A DNA stretch of 64,000 nt from Ignavibacteria bacterium (GCA_041694835.1 JBGFRZ010000032.1:12544-76543), one strand, 5' to 3'; counted from the first letter of the stretch, positions 27,175 through 39,120 are shown. Translations and numbers: made by a program. The notes: generated by a model not told the origin, from the letters alone.

Positions 27175-29028
27175 TCAAGCGGCACTCTCTGCGTCTATAG
27201 AAACACTAACCGAATAATTCCTTGAGCTCCGAACAGCAGAAATAATTTTCGAAAAATCGCCGTTTCCCTTCAAAATTATTTTCCAGAGATACCGCTTCCT
27301 TAATTTCTTCCGATAATCACTTGATGGACCGACGATTTCCGCCTCTAAGTTGTTTTCGTTTAATATCTTTTCCATGAGAGTGGACGTTTTTTCGGCGTAT
27401 AACTTGGCCAACTTATCATTTTTGCTCCTGAAGGTCAGCGTTATCAGACGGGCGTAAGGAGGGTATTTGAGTTTTTTTCTTTGTTTCAACTCTTCGGAAT
27501 AAAACTCCTCATAATTTAATTTGAAGGGGTAGTAATCCGGGAAGTGGGTTTCGACATAGAGCTCGGGCTCTTCGGCTTTCTTTGATAAAAGTTCGCTATA
27601 ATCCGCCATCTTCAAAAATATTTTTTCATTGGAAAAATACTCCGGATGCATGAAATCGAAATCCGCATTCAATAAAATGACAAGTCCTATATCAGACGAC
27701 ACCATATAATGCCTGGGAGGATGTGTGGCGATGATGAAATCGGCTGATAACGACTCTTTATTTTTATTGCTTTTGTATGAATTCCTGGCGTCGAGATCGT
27801 AACGGGTTATAGTCGCACACGGATAAAGCTGTCTTAAGGACTCCTCGATTTTTTGCGTTCCAAAAGAAAGAGCGGTAAGATTCCGAGAGCCGCAGATATT
27901 GCATAATGGGGCATAGACGATCTGTCTGCCACAGTAGTTGCATCGGAGTATTTTTTCTTTCCCGGCGATGTAGAGCGTGAGGGGTATGTCGCAGTCTTCG
28001 CATTTCAAAATCCTTTTGCATGAGCCGCAGTAGTATCCCCCGGAAAAACCTTTCAGCGGATAGTGTATAAGCGTGGTAAGCTTTTTGATGTAATTTCTGT
28101 CGATACTTTCCTTTAAAATTGAGATAATGTCATAATTCCTGCTCTTATATTTTTTAACGATTTCCCAATGATTTTTTTTATACGCATCGGGAGGTTTTTC
28201 CGTCAACTTTTTCACGCCGCCTTCTTTGATTTTGGAATAGATGTCGACTGAGAACGCGGATCCTCCGAAAATAACTCTTATCTTATATCGCTCCGATTTT
28301 TTGAGCGCCACGTTTCTTGTGTTGTAATAAGGGCGCCGTCCATCCTTGTGGGCGTAGTCGTACTCTCTGTCAACAATTATGGTCCCGAGGTTGTTGAGTG
28401 GCAAAAACACGCTTCTTCTTGTGCCTATCACAAAACTGCATTCGTTCAAGAGTAGTTTTTCGAATGTTTCCGATTGCATTTTTTTTGATAAATCCGAACT
28501 CCAGACAACGGGCTCGAATCTGGCGTAATAATTTTTCGCCCAAACAACATCCGAAAGCGTTGGTAGAACAAGAAGCACGCTTTTTTTTGCGCTGAGCCCA
28601 TCTGATATTTCTTTTTTGTAAAAATCATATCTTTCATCGTTCCCGAGGAATGCGGCGAAAAGAGTACTTTTGTCTTTTCCATTATTTATCTCTGGATTTT
28701 TTGATGCGGTTTTTATGTGTTTAAAATCAATCGGATATATCAGATTCAACACCGCGCCAACGGAAACAAAGTAATGCTCGCTCAAGGCATTTGCGAATGC
28801 GAGGGCTTTTTCGTCAATAACCGGGGTTTCGTCCACTGATGAGATTACTTCCTTTAATTGATGCTTAAGATGAGGTTCTTTTTTGCCAACATCGACGACA
28901 TATCCAAGGCGGGACGTGCTTCCGAAAGGGACATTCACCCTTGAACCGACAGATAGATTTATGCTCACAGGGACAGCATAATCAAACTCTCCGTCGGGAG
29001 GCTTTGGAAATACTACTTTTGCAAACAT
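27175..29028 (-). CDS. priA: primosomal protein N' (PriA), helicase motifs degenerate
   Basis: N-terminal FDY/VPFG 3'-binding domain, IGTRRSVF, four CxxC pairs, GTQKIEE and YPPY; Walker A absent and DEAH-type motif reads DREYD. Confidence 0.85.
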   Translation of the reverse strand: MFAKVVFPKPPDGEFDYAVPVSINLSVGSRVNVPFGSTSRLGYVVDVGKKEPHLKHQLKEVISSVDETPVIDEKALAFANALSEHYFVSVGAVLNLIYPIDFKHIKTASKNPEINNGKDKSTLFAAFLGNDERYDFYKKEISDGLSAKKSVLLVLPTLSDVVWAKNYYARFEPVVWSSDLSKKMQSETFEKLLLNECSFVIGTRRSVFLPLNNLGTIIVDREYDYAHKDGRRPYYNTRNVALKKSERYKIRVIFGGSAFSVDIYSKIKEGGVKKLTEKPPDAYKKNHWEIVKKYKSRNYDIISILKESIDRNYIKKLTTLIHYPLKGFSGGYYCGSCKRILKCEDCDIPLTLYIAGKEKILRCNYCGRQIVYAPLCNICGSRNLTALSFGTQKIEESLRQLYPCATITRYDLDARNSYKSNKNKESLSADFIIATHPPRHYMVSSDIGLVILLNADFDFMHPEYFSNEKIFLKMADYSELLSKKAEEPELYVETHFPDYYPFKLNYEEFYSEELKQRKKLKYPPYARLITLTFRSKNDKLAKLYAEKTSTLMEKILNENNLEAEIVGPSSDYRKKLRKRYLWKIILKGNGDFSKIISAVRSSRNYSVSVSIDAESAA

Positions 29029-29066
29029 ATTTCGCTATTTGCTATTTGCTATTCGCTATTCGCTAT
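29029..29066. repeat. short heptamer run (TATTCGC/TATTTGC x~5) spanning the spoIID stop
   Basis: Direct reading of the sequence. Confidence 0.8.
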
Positions 29067-30204
29067 CTATAGCGCGACGAACAACCGTTCCGGGATAATA
29101 AAATTTTAATATCTGGACGTAATCCCGCCCTTCATCGGCCATACCTTTGGCGCCGGCCTGACAAAGTCCCACCCCATGGCCCCAACCGGAACCGCGAAAC
29201 TCAAAAGAGTCTTTATGTCTCACAACCGCCGTAAGCTTCGTGCTCCTCATTCGCCACGGGTCCAGCGCCAGGCGGAATTTTCCGGCATGAATCAATGTCT
29301 TGCCTGCGGTGTGGCTCACTCTTATGTGCTTTGCCCGCCCGGATACACTTCGCCCAACAATCTCAAGATTCTTTATTTTTCCGACTTTATATCCGGAAAC
29401 GTACATCTTCTTTCTTATCAATTCTCCGTCGAAAACATGTGTCCAGTTAAAATGCTTATAATGAGTGCAAAATTTGCAAACCCTGGGAACAAAGTAATGC
29501 GGAATTTCGTTTGTCATATTCCAGACATTGGCTATTTCTTCGGTGTGTCCGCCACAGCTTGCATGGTAAACGGCGTTTACAACCTCGCCTTTTCTATCAT
29601 AAAGAACCTCGCCTTTTGTTTCGAAGACCGCCCTATCCGTGGCAGGATTTTCGACTTCGAGGCCGCCGTAAACCTGGCAATGAACCGTAGAACATACATC
29701 GAAACCATCTGCTCTGTGGCGACCTGAATTCTTCCAGACAAAACTCCTTGCCGCCACAGCCTGTGCTTTCAAAGCCTCGGGTGGCCATGAGGGACTCATC
29801 TCCTTCGGAAGCACCCCGCGGATGTAGTTGTCTATCCCGAGCTCGTTGATAACGTTCAACCCGTTTGAGGTTTTTAAAATCAAAATCGAATCCCTGTATC
29901 TTCTGCCGTTTATTTTTACATGCTCATCGCCGACGGGGACGAGCCTAACGGGCAAATTATATCCCTTGCCATCGATCAAAAGAGAGTCTTTTCTTATGCG
30001 CGCCAGATAATCGTTTGAATCGTTGAAAGTTCTTTTTTTTCCGCTTTTTATCTCATAGACATAATAATTATTACCTGAAACATTGAAACCCGGAACATCC
30101 TTGATTATCCCAACTTTGATTATGTCCCTCGAAGCAAAAACAATTTGATAAAGACAAAGCATGAAGCAGAGCGAAAATATCACTAAATGTAAAATTTTTT
30201 TCAC
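29056..30204 (-). CDS. SpoIID/LytB-domain peptidoglycan lytic transglycosylase, exported
   Basis: YIRGVLPKEM, EALKAQAVAARS, CQVYGG, YHASCGGHT, GWGHGVGLCQ.GA and ILKFYYPG; GTG start inferred. Confidence 0.9.
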   Translation of the reverse strand: MKKILHLVIFSLCFMLCLYQIVFASRDIIKVGIIKDVPGFNVSGNNYYVYEIKSGKKRTFNDSNDYLARIRKDSLLIDGKGYNLPVRLVPVGDEHVKINGRRYRDSILILKTSNGLNVINELGIDNYIRGVLPKEMSPSWPPEALKAQAVAARSFVWKNSGRHRADGFDVCSTVHCQVYGGLEVENPATDRAVFETKGEVLYDRKGEVVNAVYHASCGGHTEEIANVWNMTNEIPHYFVPRVCKFCTHYKHFNWTHVFDGELIRKKMYVSGYKVGKIKNLEIVGRSVSGRAKHIRVSHTAGKTLIHAGKFRLALDPWRMRSTKLTAVVRHKDSFEFRGSGWGHGVGLCQAGAKGMADEGRDYVQILKFYYPGTVVRRAIDSE

Positions 30205-30208
30205 CCCG

Positions 30209-30276
30209 TCAGAAGCTCCGATGGTTTGTTCATCAACCCTGAATTTTTGGGCTTTGCTCGTAAATTTTCTAAAACT
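30209..30276. repeat. family C dispersed repeat, copy 2
   Basis: TCAGAAG...TTTGTTCATCAACCCTGAA..TT.GGCTTT shared with 31326-31376 and 3598-3664. Confidence 0.65.
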
Positions 30277-30284
30277 ACATGGGT

Positions 30285-30497
30285 TCATTTTTTAAAAAGA
30301 TTGATAATTAAAGTTAGAATGATTGATAAAATTATCGAAGTAGTGAACGGGAAGAAAAATACGAAATTTTCTTTTTTGATGTATATATCCCCCGGAAGGC
30401 GCCCAATAAACGGAATTTTATGCCCCATGTAAAAAAATATGCCCAAGACAATCATAATTAAACCCGTTATTATAAAAATTTTTCCGAAATTGGACAT
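30285..30497 (-). CDS. DUF2905 family small membrane protein
   Basis: GRLPGDI...FFPFTTSIILS signature; commonly next to ruvB. Confidence 0.88.
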   Translation of the reverse strand: MSNFGKIFIITGLIMIVLGIFFYMGHKIPFIGRLPGDIYIKKENFVFFFPFTTSIILSIILTLIINLFKK

Positions 30498-30512
30498 AAT
30501 TTTAGCGGCGAA

Positions 30513-30736
30513 GGCAGAAGTGCACAAGAGCGCAAGAGCACAAGTCAGAGGACAGAGTTCAGGGAACAGAGAACAGAGGTCAGAGGCTAGAGGCGAGGGA
30601 CAAGAGGTTAGGGAATGGAAATTTTTATTCAATTTCTTGTCCCCTATCCTCTATTCTCTATACGCTATTCTCTCACCTCTGACCTCTCACCTCTCATCTC
30701 TCATCTCTATCCTCTATTCACTATTCGCTATTCGCT
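30513..30736. repeat. bipartite heptamer/octamer array
   Basis: GCACAAGA octamers and AGAGGAC/AGAGAAC/AGAGGTC units, then CTCTATT/CTCTCAC/CTATTCG units. Confidence 0.85.
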
Positions 30737-30748
30737 GTCCTACAGTCT

Positions 30749-31321
30749 CTAATCTCTGCTGCTTTTTTGTTCTACCCGTTTACCTCTCTCTCCCTTGTCG
30801 CTTTCCTGTCTGCTGAATATGCATCCGCAGTATTTCTGACTGTAGAGCCCAAGTTTTTTTATCTTCTCTTTTGCTTCGCGGTATTTCTTCCTCACATCGA
30901 CATAAATAAATTCAACATTCCATTTTTGCGAAAGAGTCTCCGCTATTCCTCTTATTAAATCGTGCTTTTGATAAGGACTTGCAAGAAGTGTCGTCGAAAA
31001 GCAGTCGAATATTTTGTCGCCTCTAAAGCAACGTCTCGCCGTTTCTTCGAGTCGGTTTATATAACAATACTTGCATCTATCAGCCGAAGCTTTCGCCGCA
31101 TCAAGCCACTTTTCCATGCTATGAGCCGGGATATTTATAGATGAGATTCCTTTAAGGGCGTTGAATTTTTCAAGGGCGTCAAAACGGAGATATGATTCCT
31201 GTTCGGGGTGTATGTTCGGATTATACCATAAACCGTAGACATCAAAATCCATCTCTATTCGCTCCAGCATCGGAGCGGTGCAGATAGCACAACACTGATG
31301 AAGCAAAAGTTTCTTTCTCAC
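30749..31321 (-). CDS. queH: epoxyqueuosine reductase QueH (DUF208)
   Basis: LLLHQCCAIC, YNPNIHP, RCKYCY, FSTTLLASPYQ and QKYCGCIFS. Confidence 0.9.
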   Translation of the reverse strand: MRKKLLLHQCCAICTAPMLERIEMDFDVYGLWYNPNIHPEQESYLRFDALEKFNALKGISSINIPAHSMEKWLDAAKASADRCKYCYINRLEETARRCFRGDKIFDCFSTTLLASPYQKHDLIRGIAETLSQKWNVEFIYVDVRKKYREAKEKIKKLGLYSQKYCGCIFSRQESDKGERGKRVEQKSSRD

Positions 31322-31325
31322 CAGA

Positions 31326-31376
31326 TCAGAAGTCCGCGCAATTTGTTCATCAACCCTGAAGTTTTTGGCTTTACTC
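31326..31376. repeat. family C dispersed repeat, copy 3
   Basis: Shares TCAGAAG and TTTGTTCATCAACCCTGAA with 30209-30276. Confidence 0.65.
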
Positions 31377-32402
31377 TTACTGGAAAAGTGAATTTTTCTT
31401 GTCAGGGACTGGAATTTTTAGATGTCCGTAGGCTTTTTCGGTGGCGATGCGGCCGCGGGGTGTGCGGGCTATGAATCCCTCCTTTATCAGATACGGCTCA
31501 TAGACATCGGACACTGTGTCGACATCCTCGGAAACTGATATTGCCACAGATTCTACTCCGACGGGACCACCGTTAAATTTTCCCACTATGCTTAAAAGAA
31601 TCTTCCTGTCCATCTCGTCGAGACCGCCTTCATCCACCCTCATCTTTAAAAGAGATTCCCTCGCTACATCCATAGTAATTATGCCATCGGATTTAACATC
31701 GGCAAAATCTCTTATCCTTTTAAGCAGTCGGTTCGCGATTCTCGGAGTACCCCTTGAACGAGCGGCTATTTCCGCTGATGCGGTGGATTCGATGCGGATG
31801 TCAAGTATCTTGCTAGAGCGGGCGAGTATTTGATTCAATTCCTCCGTTTGGTAATATTCAAGATGTTCGACGATCCCAAATCTTTCCCTTAGGGGCGTGC
31901 TCAATAATCCCGCTCGTGTCGTCGCCCCTATCAAAGTAAATCTGGGAACTGGCAGACGAAATGTCCTTGCGCTCGGGCCCTGACCAAGAATGATATCAAG
32001 CTGAAAATCCTCGAGAACGGGATAGAGAGCTTCTTCTACAAGATGATTCAATCTATGAATCTCGTCGATGAAAAGGACGTCTCCTTCCGACAAACTCGTC
32101 AGTATCGCCGCAAGGTCGCCGACACGAACCAATATGGGGCCGGATGTTGCCCTCAGATTCACCGATAACTCCTTTGAGACAATGTGAGCGAGTGTGGTTT
32201 TGCCAAGACCTGGTGGCGAATAAAAAAGACAGTGGTCAAGTGGTTCGCCCCTTTTTTTGGCTGCCTGTAAAAAAACCTTAAGGTTCTCTTTCATTTTTTC
32301 CTGGCCAACGAACTCATCAAGCGTTTTTGGCCTTAGGGAGTTTTCGAACGGGGTTTCTTGCGCGAATTTTTCGGCGATTGTAATTTCTTCATTATTCTCC
32401 AT
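31377..32402 (-). CDS. ruvB: Holliday junction branch migration helicase RuvB
   Basis: [37 protein letters not shown] and [11 protein letters not shown]. Confidence 0.98.
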   Translation of the reverse strand: MENNEEITIAEKFAQETPFENSLRPKTLDEFVGQEKMKENLKVFLQAAKKRGEPLDHCLFYSPPGLGKTTLAHIVSKELSVNLRATSGPILVRVGDLAAILTSLSEGDVLFIDEIHRLNHLVEEALYPVLEDFQLDIILGQGPSARTFRLPVPRFTLIGATTRAGLLSTPLRERFGIVEHLEYYQTEELNQILARSSKILDIRIESTASAEIAARSRGTPRIANRLLKRIRDFADVKSDGIITMDVARESLLKMRVDEGGLDEMDRKILLSIVGKFNGGPVGVESVAISVSEDVDTVSDVYEPYLIKEGFIARTPRGRIATEKAYGHLKIPVPDKKNSLFQ

Positions 32403-33007
32403 TACAACCTCTTAAGAGCGTCTTTGACGACTTCCTCTACTTTTTCTCCATAAGGCATTTCGTCCAATGATTCATCGACGGCGGTTTTGGCCTGGCTTTC
32501 GCGATATCCCAAAGCCACAAGCACGGCGACCGCCTCCGCCCTTGTATTTACATATCTGGATGAGCGTTTTTCCATGGGGCCTATTTTTAATTCGGCGATT
32601 TTATCTTTCAAATTCGATATGAGTTTTTCCGCTGTTGGTTTTCTGAAACCAAACAAAGTAGAAAGTATTGGAACATCCTTGTCTATCACTGCCTTCCGGA
32701 AATCTCCGACGGACTTCGTTATCTTATCAAGATACTCCAACGCTTTTTTTGCGCCTGTGCCAGGCATCGTTCTCAACAGCTCGAACGTGTCTTTTTCGAT
32801 CTGGCTCTGAAAGCCGTAAAGCGTTGTCGCGCCGCCGTACATGGCGGTAGATTCGCTGATAAAGAACCTGACCTCAGCCGCCGCATCGTCGGGAAGCGAC
32901 GCAGACGTGGAAGGGGTGACGAAAACTTCCCATCCGACACCCGAAACCTCGACGATGACGCTCCCAGAGTTTTTTTTCAATAATATACCTCTCAGAGATG
33001 CTATCAC
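32402..33007 (-). CDS. ruvA: Holliday junction DNA-binding protein RuvA
   Basis: IASLRG start, LYGF, HhH motifs, LVALGY domain III. Confidence 0.93.
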   Translation of the reverse strand: MIASLRGILLKKNSGSVIVEVSGVGWEVFVTPSTSASLPDDAAAEVRFFISESTAMYGGATTLYGFQSQIEKDTFELLRTMPGTGAKKALEYLDKITKSVGDFRKAVIDKDVPILSTLFGFRKPTAEKLISNLKDKIAELKIGPMEKRSSRYVNTRAEAVAVLVALGYRESQAKTAVDESLDEMPYGEKVEEVVKDALKRL

Positions 33008-33495
33008 GAGAACCTCACCGAATTGAAATAATGACACACGGCCACCGCAAGAGCGTCAGCGGTATCGTCTGGTTTTGGGATATCCTTTAAGCCCAGAATG
33101 TTTTTCACCATATGCTGCATCTGGTTCTTCTCGGACGAGCCGTATCCTGTCAACGTTATCTTGATTATCCTGGGGTTGTACTGAAAAATCTTCATTTTGT
33201 TTTTGGCCGCTATGTATAGAATCACACCGCGTGCCTGCGCAATTGAAAACAATGTTTTAGATTTTTTTAAGAAGAAAATCTCTTCTATAGCAAGCGTTTC
33301 AGCCTTATGTTTCTTTATTATAAAATCCATCGAATCCGCTATTTCCAAAAACCTATTTTCCGATGACAGTTCGAGCGATGTTTCTATACAGCCGTATTCA
33401 ATCGCTTCAATTTTCTCTGGACCAGAGCCGCCGCAAACACGAACCGCCGCCCATCCAGTCCTCGCAACACCCGGATCTACGCCGATAATTATCAT
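33004..33495 (-). CDS. ruvC: crossover junction endodeoxyribonuclease RuvC
   Basis: IIGVDPG, AIEEIF, QARGV and [10 protein letters not shown]. Confidence 0.96.
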   Translation of the reverse strand: MIIIGVDPGVARTGWAAVRVCGGSGPEKIEAIEYGCIETSLELSSENRFLEIADSMDFIIKKHKAETLAIEEIFFLKKSKTLFSIAQARGVILYIAAKNKMKIFQYNPRIIKITLTGYGSSEKNQMQHMVKNILGLKDIPKPDDTADALAVAVCHYFNSVRFS

Positions 33496-34247
33496 AAATT
33501 TGAAGAACCTGATTCTTTCAGGTTGGAAATATCGAAGTTGGCATAGATGTTTTTAACATCATCGTAATCTTCGAGGCTCTCCATTAATTTTAGCATTTTT
33601 TCGGCCTCTTCCCCGCTCAGTTTTATGAAAGTCGTGGGATGCAGCGACACCTCGGCGGTTTCTACCGCTATTTTTTTAACTTCAATAGCTGATTTTACAT
33701 TGTTGAAATTTTCAGGTGAAGTTGTGATTTCGTAGATGTCGTCGTCTTCAGTCCTGACGTCGTCGGCGCCCGCTTCAAGCGCCACACTGATTATTTCATC
33801 TTCGGTAATTCTCGTTTTATCGACGGAGATATAACCCTTCAAATTAAAGAGCCACGCGACGCATCCATTTTCTCCGAGATTGCCGCCGTGCGTCGAAAAA
33901 ATCTTTCTTATCTCCGCTGTAGTTCTGTTTTTGTTGTCAGTCGTTGCCTCGACCATAATCGCAACGCCACCCGGACCGTATCCCTCGTAAACAATCTCTT
34001 CGTAATTAACACCCGGCAGCTCACCTGTGCCCCTTTGAACCGCTTTTTTGATGTTGTCAAGGGGCATGTTCGCTTCTCTTGCGTCATCCATTGCTTTTCT
34101 AAGACGCGGATTGTTTTCCGGATTTCCACCACCAAGTCTGGCGGAGATTGTTATTTCGCGTATTATCCTTGTAAACAACTTCCCTCGTTTTGCATCGATG
34201 ACGGCTTTTTTGTGTTTTATACCCGCCCACTTCGAATGTCCCGACAT
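33492..34247 (-). CDS. yebC: YebC/PmpR family protein
   Basis: [22 protein letters not shown] and TDNKNRT. Confidence 0.95.
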   Translation of the reverse strand: MSGHSKWAGIKHKKAVIDAKRGKLFTRIIREITISARLGGGNPENNPRLRKAMDDAREANMPLDNIKKAVQRGTGELPGVNYEEIVYEGYGPGGVAIMVEATTDNKNRTTAEIRKIFSTHGGNLGENGCVAWLFNLKGYISVDKTRITEDEIISVALEAGADDVRTEDDDIYEITTSPENFNNVKSAIEVKKIAVETAEVSLHPTTFIKLSGEEAEKMLKLMESLEDYDDVKNIYANFDISNLKESGSSNL

Positions 34248-34315
34248 CTTTATTCTCCTATGGTCCCGCTTTGCGGGAACATCCCCGAATAAATTCAACC
34301 CCGCCCTGCGGGTCT

Positions 34316-36637
34316 TTATTTCAATCTCTCGACAGCCATTTTGTTTGTAGGGTCTATCTGTTTTACCCTTTCCCAGACGCTCCTCGCCTCTTTCGACCTA
34401 TTTTGCTTTTCATACATCAAAGCCAGATTTGAAAGAAGCGTGGCGTTGCCGGGCTGAGATTGAATAAGTTCTTTGTAAATTTTCTCTGCGTTGTAAAAAT
34501 CCCCGGCGGTAAAATAGAGGTTCGCGAGATAAAATCTGCCCTTGAAACTTCCCGGATATTTTTCCGCTATTTTTTCAGCTATGCCAATAGCCGATGACCA
34601 ATCTTGTTTTTCTATAAACCTGCCGAGCTGCTCCATAAGTTTATCGTATTCGGTCAGGAAAGAAACAGACGCTCCCTGTTGTCTGAGCAAGGTCTCAAGG
34701 TTTTTTCTCGCCATTAAAAACTCTGGGTCAATCTCAATGGCCATCTTGTAGAAATCAATTGCACGCTTCGGTTGGTTGGTGCGGGTATAAAGATAACCCA
34801 GATTATTTATTATGTCCTTGTTGTCTGGAAAAAAATTATGGGCTTGTTCAAAAAGGCTTATTGCCCTGTTGGAATTTTTCTCAATATCGTTCATATATAT
34901 CGCACCGAGCGCCATATATGTATCAAAAGAGAGCGGATTTATTCCGAGTGCCATCGAGTAGTTTTTTTCCGCCTCACTGCGATCGCCCATCTGATTATAA
35001 ACCGTTGCCATGTTAAAAAATATCTCGTCGTATCCGGTATTTGCTTTTAACGCCTCCTTGTAAGCCCATATCGCTTTTTCCTTCATGCCAAGCCTCGCAT
35101 AGGTGTTTCCAAGTTCGTAGTTGTTGTTGACTTCAAATCGCTGATATTTATGAGCGCGCTCAAGATACTCCATCGAACTTCTTACCTCTCCTCTTTTCGA
35201 CAGCTTGAAACCCGAAAAGTAATTTATTTCACCCATGAAATTTTTGTAATACCTTATTATAAAAATCACGCCTGCAAGAATAAGCACAAAAACGATGGAT
35301 TTCGAGAGCATGTTCTTAATCTGTATTTCCCTGATTCTGGGAGACGCTATAGACATCAGGACGCCGACAACCCACCAGTAGAGAAATGCCGGTACGGCAA
35401 AGTGAATAGAGACATTTAAAAGATTATCGATAAGCATGCCAAATATCCCGGCGGATAGAGCAAGAGAGAGCGTCTTTTGAAAACCGGACGCGGATTTCCA
35501 TATTTTAAATCCTGATACGAAAAGAGTGCATATGAGCCAGATATAAACGCCGAATCCAATTATTCCCGTCTGAGACCATATCTCCAGAATTTCGTTGTGG
35601 GCGTTGTTTGCATGTGTCCTAAGGGTTCTATATATGTCAAAAAAAAGATATCTCCCCTGATAAAAAGGAAAAAAAAGCTCGAATAGTCCCCATCCCCTGC
35701 CTATCAGCGGCATCTCAACAATCATATTCCATGCGCACGACCATATCAACTGCCTCTGATGCGCTGGAGCGTAGACTTTTGTGGCGTAATCTTTTGATTC
35801 TATCAATCGTTCAAAAATCGCCGGGGTGTATTTCTCGACGCTTTTCGGGTGAGGCCAGAAAAAAACAAGCAATGCCACAAATGCTCCGAGAACAATCAAT
35901 CTCTTTTTGCTTCTATATATCAGCTCTTTCTGTAAAAGTGCAAAAAACAAAACCAACCCGCCAAACGCCCCGAGCCAGGAAGATCTGGTAAGAGTAACAA
36001 CAAGCGATGTCATATAGGTAAAAATATAGATGAAATAAAAAATGACATCCGATGATTTTTTGGCATTGATATAATAAGCGAAAAGAATCGGCAAAAGTAT
36101 TACAAGGTAAGAAGATAAAAAGTTGGGATTCCCGAAAGTTGAGACGGAACGGCCGCCGAAAGGATTGAGCAATCTTGGCCAAACAAACTCTATGCCGAGA
36201 AACTGCAAAATGCCGTAAAAAGCGGCGATGAACCCGACGAAAAACAAAACACCAAAAGTCTTTTTTTTGAACTCCTCGTCCAATAAATTTATAGGAATGT
36301 GATAAACGAGGATTGCGTTGACAAGGAAAAACAGCCAACGTTTCAGGCCTTCTGAGTAACTCGAAAATCTAAGAAAAACGTCGGAGTAGTTTTCAAAAAA
36401 ATTGAACAGCCACGAAAAAGTCGCCACAGAAAAAAAGACAAAAAGCGGGAGATCTATATTTGAAGTCTTTAATGTTATTTTTTTCGCAATCAACCCTTTA
36501 AGCAAAAACCAAATCCAGATAAAAAGGGTTAGAGCGTTCAAAAATACTATCTGAAAGTAGTACGGATTCCTTGTAAGGTCTGTGAAAAAAACTATCGGCG
36601 GAATCGTCAGTAATATGAAGATTAAAATTTTGTACAT
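34316..36637 (-). CDS. O-antigen ligase / O-oligosaccharyltransferase-like membrane protein with C-terminal TPRs
   Basis: About 12 TM segments, [13 protein letters not shown] and NAHNEILE Wzy_C motifs, followed by TPRs. Confidence 0.82.
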   Translation of the reverse strand: MYKILIFILLTIPPIVFFTDLTRNPYYFQIVFLNALTLFIWIWFLLKGLIAKKITLKTSNIDLPLFVFFSVATFSWLFNFFENYSDVFLRFSSYSEGLKRWLFFLVNAILVYHIPINLLDEEFKKKTFGVLFFVGFIAAFYGILQFLGIEFVWPRLLNPFGGRSVSTFGNPNFLSSYLVILLPILFAYYINAKKSSDVIFYFIYIFTYMTSLVVTLTRSSWLGAFGGLVLFFALLQKELIYRSKKRLIVLGAFVALLVFFWPHPKSVEKYTPAIFERLIESKDYATKVYAPAHQRQLIWSCAWNMIVEMPLIGRGWGLFELFFPFYQGRYLFFDIYRTLRTHANNAHNEILEIWSQTGIIGFGVYIWLICTLFVSGFKIWKSASGFQKTLSLALSAGIFGMLIDNLLNVSIHFAVPAFLYWWVVGVLMSIASPRIREIQIKNMLSKSIVFVLILAGVIFIIRYYKNFMGEINYFSGFKLSKRGEVRSSMEYLERAHKYQRFEVNNNYELGNTYARLGMKEKAIWAYKEALKANTGYDEIFFNMATVYNQMGDRSEAEKNYSMALGINPLSFDTYMALGAIYMNDIEKNSNRAISLFEQAHNFFPDNKDIINNLGYLYTRTNQPKRAIDFYKMAIEIDPEFLMARKNLETLLRQQGASVSFLTEYDKLMEQLGRFIEKQDWSSAIGIAEKIAEKYPGSFKGRFYLANLYFTAGDFYNAEKIYKELIQSQPGNATLLSNLALMYEKQNRSKEARSVWERVKQIDPTNKMAVERLK

Positions 36638-36642
36638 CTTCT

Positions 36643-39051
36643 CTATATGGCACCCAGTCGGGAGAGATTCATGTCTTCAGGGAACAGTTCCCTGTAGCGA
36701 CGGACGGCTTCGTTCAATCTTTCCATTTTGTTGGTTTCTCTGTATAACGCTATAAGGTTTTTCCATGCATGGAGGTTTTCGCTATGTCTGTCAATAGCGC
36801 GATTGTAGAATTTTTCGGCATCGCTGAAGTTTCTTCTTAAATAATAGAGGTTGGCAAGTTGAAAATATGAATCTGAATATTCGGATGCCCGACGACGCGC
36901 CCAATCCTCAGGAAAAAGAAGATAGTACTCCCTGTTGTGATGTTCACAACATCGCCACTCCACCTCTTCCTTAAATTGCGACATTAAGTCATCAAACTTT
37001 TTTCGCTCTTCCTGTGTTTTTATATTTTCAGGATTGATAATATCTTCCGGGTTTTGAAGTAACCATTGGGTGTAAAGATGTGCTTTATACACTTTTTCGA
37101 CCATGTCCATATCGCCCATTTGCAAATATACCCACGCCATTCTTTGATAGTTCGCAGGGAAAATGGGGTCTATCGTGTGATATCTCCAAAAGTGCCCGAG
37201 CGACTTATTCCAATAAGACCTCATTTTCTCATCATCGCCTCTGTCTTTAAATTCTCCGCCAAGCTTCATATAAACGAGACCAGCCTGATGATGACTCTGC
37301 ACATAGTTGGGCGCGACTCTCCATACATCTGTGTACTTATCTATTGAACGCTCGGGGTCTATTCTCCCCTCTTTGCCTAAATCAATCTCGACCCACGGCT
37401 TGTCGGCCTCCTTGTCGCCCCACTCTGGATGAAACACACGCGATAGAATCCATCTGTCGTTGAAAACATTGCCCATAAAGTAGTGGCACATTACAAATCC
37501 GTAGTTTTTTTCGGAAACGATGTTGTAGTTCGTCAAAGCTTCCGACCATCTGGCCTGTTTTGAGAAAAATATCGCTATGTTGTGATGGATGTCAGCCTTG
37601 AAAAAACCATAAAAAACAGTGACTGCCCATATAGCCGGCGGTATTATTACAAATACGAGCAACCTCCTTATTTTAACTGGAATTCCGCCGCTGGCGACGG
37701 AGTTAAACGATACTTCGCCAAGAGGATTATTTACGATCAGCGAGCCTATCATTCCCAAAAGAAACCATAACATAACACCACTTGAGACGAATCTCAAACT
37801 GACGCAAACCAAGTTGTGAACAAGCATCCCACCCGATGCGGCAAGAAGTCCCAGCAAATAATATGCCCTGAAATCCGGGCGGCCACTTTTTGTATCTATG
37901 TTTGAAAAAGACTTCAATGCCTTGAAGCCACCAATGAAAAATATCGCAATCAGCCAGAGAAAAATCCCAAAACCCACTAATCCCTCGTCATGCAAGATCT
38001 CGAGATATTCGCTTTCGGGACTGTTCGACTGGGTGTTGTGTTTGCCTTCGACGAAAAAAATCTGCGGCCTTCTCCATGCGGGATATGTAACCTGGAAACT
38101 TCCTATGCCTGTTCCAAGAATTGGTTTCGTATTTATCATCTCCCATGTGGAGAGCCATGTGAAGATTCTAAACTTCGCTGAATCCGTTCTTTGAGTTAGT
38201 TGAAAATAAACAGCTCCGCCCGTCAATAAACTTACGAGTGTTATGACTAAAAGCGCATGCTTTTTTATGTTGACAGTCTTGGGATGCGGAAAGAAAAAAA
38301 TATAAACCAAACCCAGAAGCACATGCCCCGCCACATAACCTATCCATGCGCCTTTAGAGTATGTGACATAGACATTAAAGAGGGTCATAAGCCACAAAAT
38401 CAAAAGATAGGGTTTTCCTGACTTAATAAACAGAGCCAAAGTTATTGGTCCTGTCACGGCGAGAAAATCGCCAAAGAAATTAGGATTTCCGAAAGTTGAA
38501 AAAATGCGGTATGAGAATGCCTGTCTCCATATAAACGGGTCAAGCCCGGGCTCGGGGTTTGGAGGAAAATATTTTCCGTCCAAGAACTGTATGAGCCCGT
38601 AAAAGGTCGACACGAATGTCGCGGCAAGAACCCAATTCAAAAGTCGGTCGACTTTTTTTCTGCTGTTGAATTCTTTCATTATCACAAGTGGGAGTGTAAA
38701 ATATACAACCCTTCTTATCAGTTCATGACCGCTCATCCAAACAAAGGGCGATCTGAAATAAGAAATTACAGCAGACACAAAAAATGTTAAAATCGGAGCG
38801 ACGTATGTTGCGTTTTTCGCGAAAAAATTCCACGAATTTTCTTCAATAATCTTCGCCAATAACATCGCGAGTAAAACAACCCCGCCTATTTGCACGATTG
38901 TTATTTTTATCTGAGCCGAGTCGTAAGTTCTGAGATAAAACATAACCGCTACGAGAAAATAAAAGACGGACGTCAAAAAGACGATATTTTTGCCCAAAAA
39001 ATTAATGAAACCTAAAGAGCCGACGTTTTGGATTTGCGGATTTACTTTCAC
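36643..39051 (-). CDS. second O-antigen ligase-like membrane protein with TPR tail
   Basis: [32 protein letters not shown] where the paralog has NAHNEILE. Confidence 0.78.
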   Translation of the reverse strand: MKVNPQIQNVGSLGFINFLGKNIVFLTSVFYFLVAVMFYLRTYDSAQIKITIVQIGGVVLLAMLLAKIIEENSWNFFAKNATYVAPILTFFVSAVISYFRSPFVWMSGHELIRRVVYFTLPLVIMKEFNSRKKVDRLLNWVLAATFVSTFYGLIQFLDGKYFPPNPEPGLDPFIWRQAFSYRIFSTFGNPNFFGDFLAVTGPITLALFIKSGKPYLLILWLMTLFNVYVTYSKGAWIGYVAGHVLLGLVYIFFFPHPKTVNIKKHALLVITLVSLLTGGAVYFQLTQRTDSAKFRIFTWLSTWEMINTKPILGTGIGSFQVTYPAWRRPQIFFVEGKHNTQSNSPESEYLEILHDEGLVGFGIFLWLIAIFFIGGFKALKSFSNIDTKSGRPDFRAYYLLGLLAASGGMLVHNLVCVSLRFVSSGVMLWFLLGMIGSLIVNNPLGEVSFNSVASGGIPVKIRRLLVFVIIPPAIWAVTVFYGFFKADIHHNIAIFFSKQARWSEALTNYNIVSEKNYGFVMCHYFMGNVFNDRWILSRVFHPEWGDKEADKPWVEIDLGKEGRIDPERSIDKYTDVWRVAPNYVQSHHQAGLVYMKLGGEFKDRGDDEKMRSYWNKSLGHFWRYHTIDPIFPANYQRMAWVYLQMGDMDMVEKVYKAHLYTQWLLQNPEDIINPENIKTQEERKKFDDLMSQFKEEVEWRCCEHHNREYYLLFPEDWARRRASEYSDSYFQLANLYYLRRNFSDAEKFYNRAIDRHSENLHAWKNLIALYRETNKMERLNEAVRRYRELFPEDMNLSRLGAI

Positions 39052-39120
39052 TCCACTACCTCCGTTAAAGGAATTGTTTTTGTCATTATAGCAACTTTCA
39101 GTCTCTTGAGAGTTAGCGGG

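Noticed and set aside
30498-30632. N-terminal extensions of the DUF2905, trpG, trpD, hisI, yebC and rho ORFs in the track
   Set aside because: They are read-through of repeats or upstream genes; the family-typical start lies downstream, often with an RBS or a stop/start overlap.
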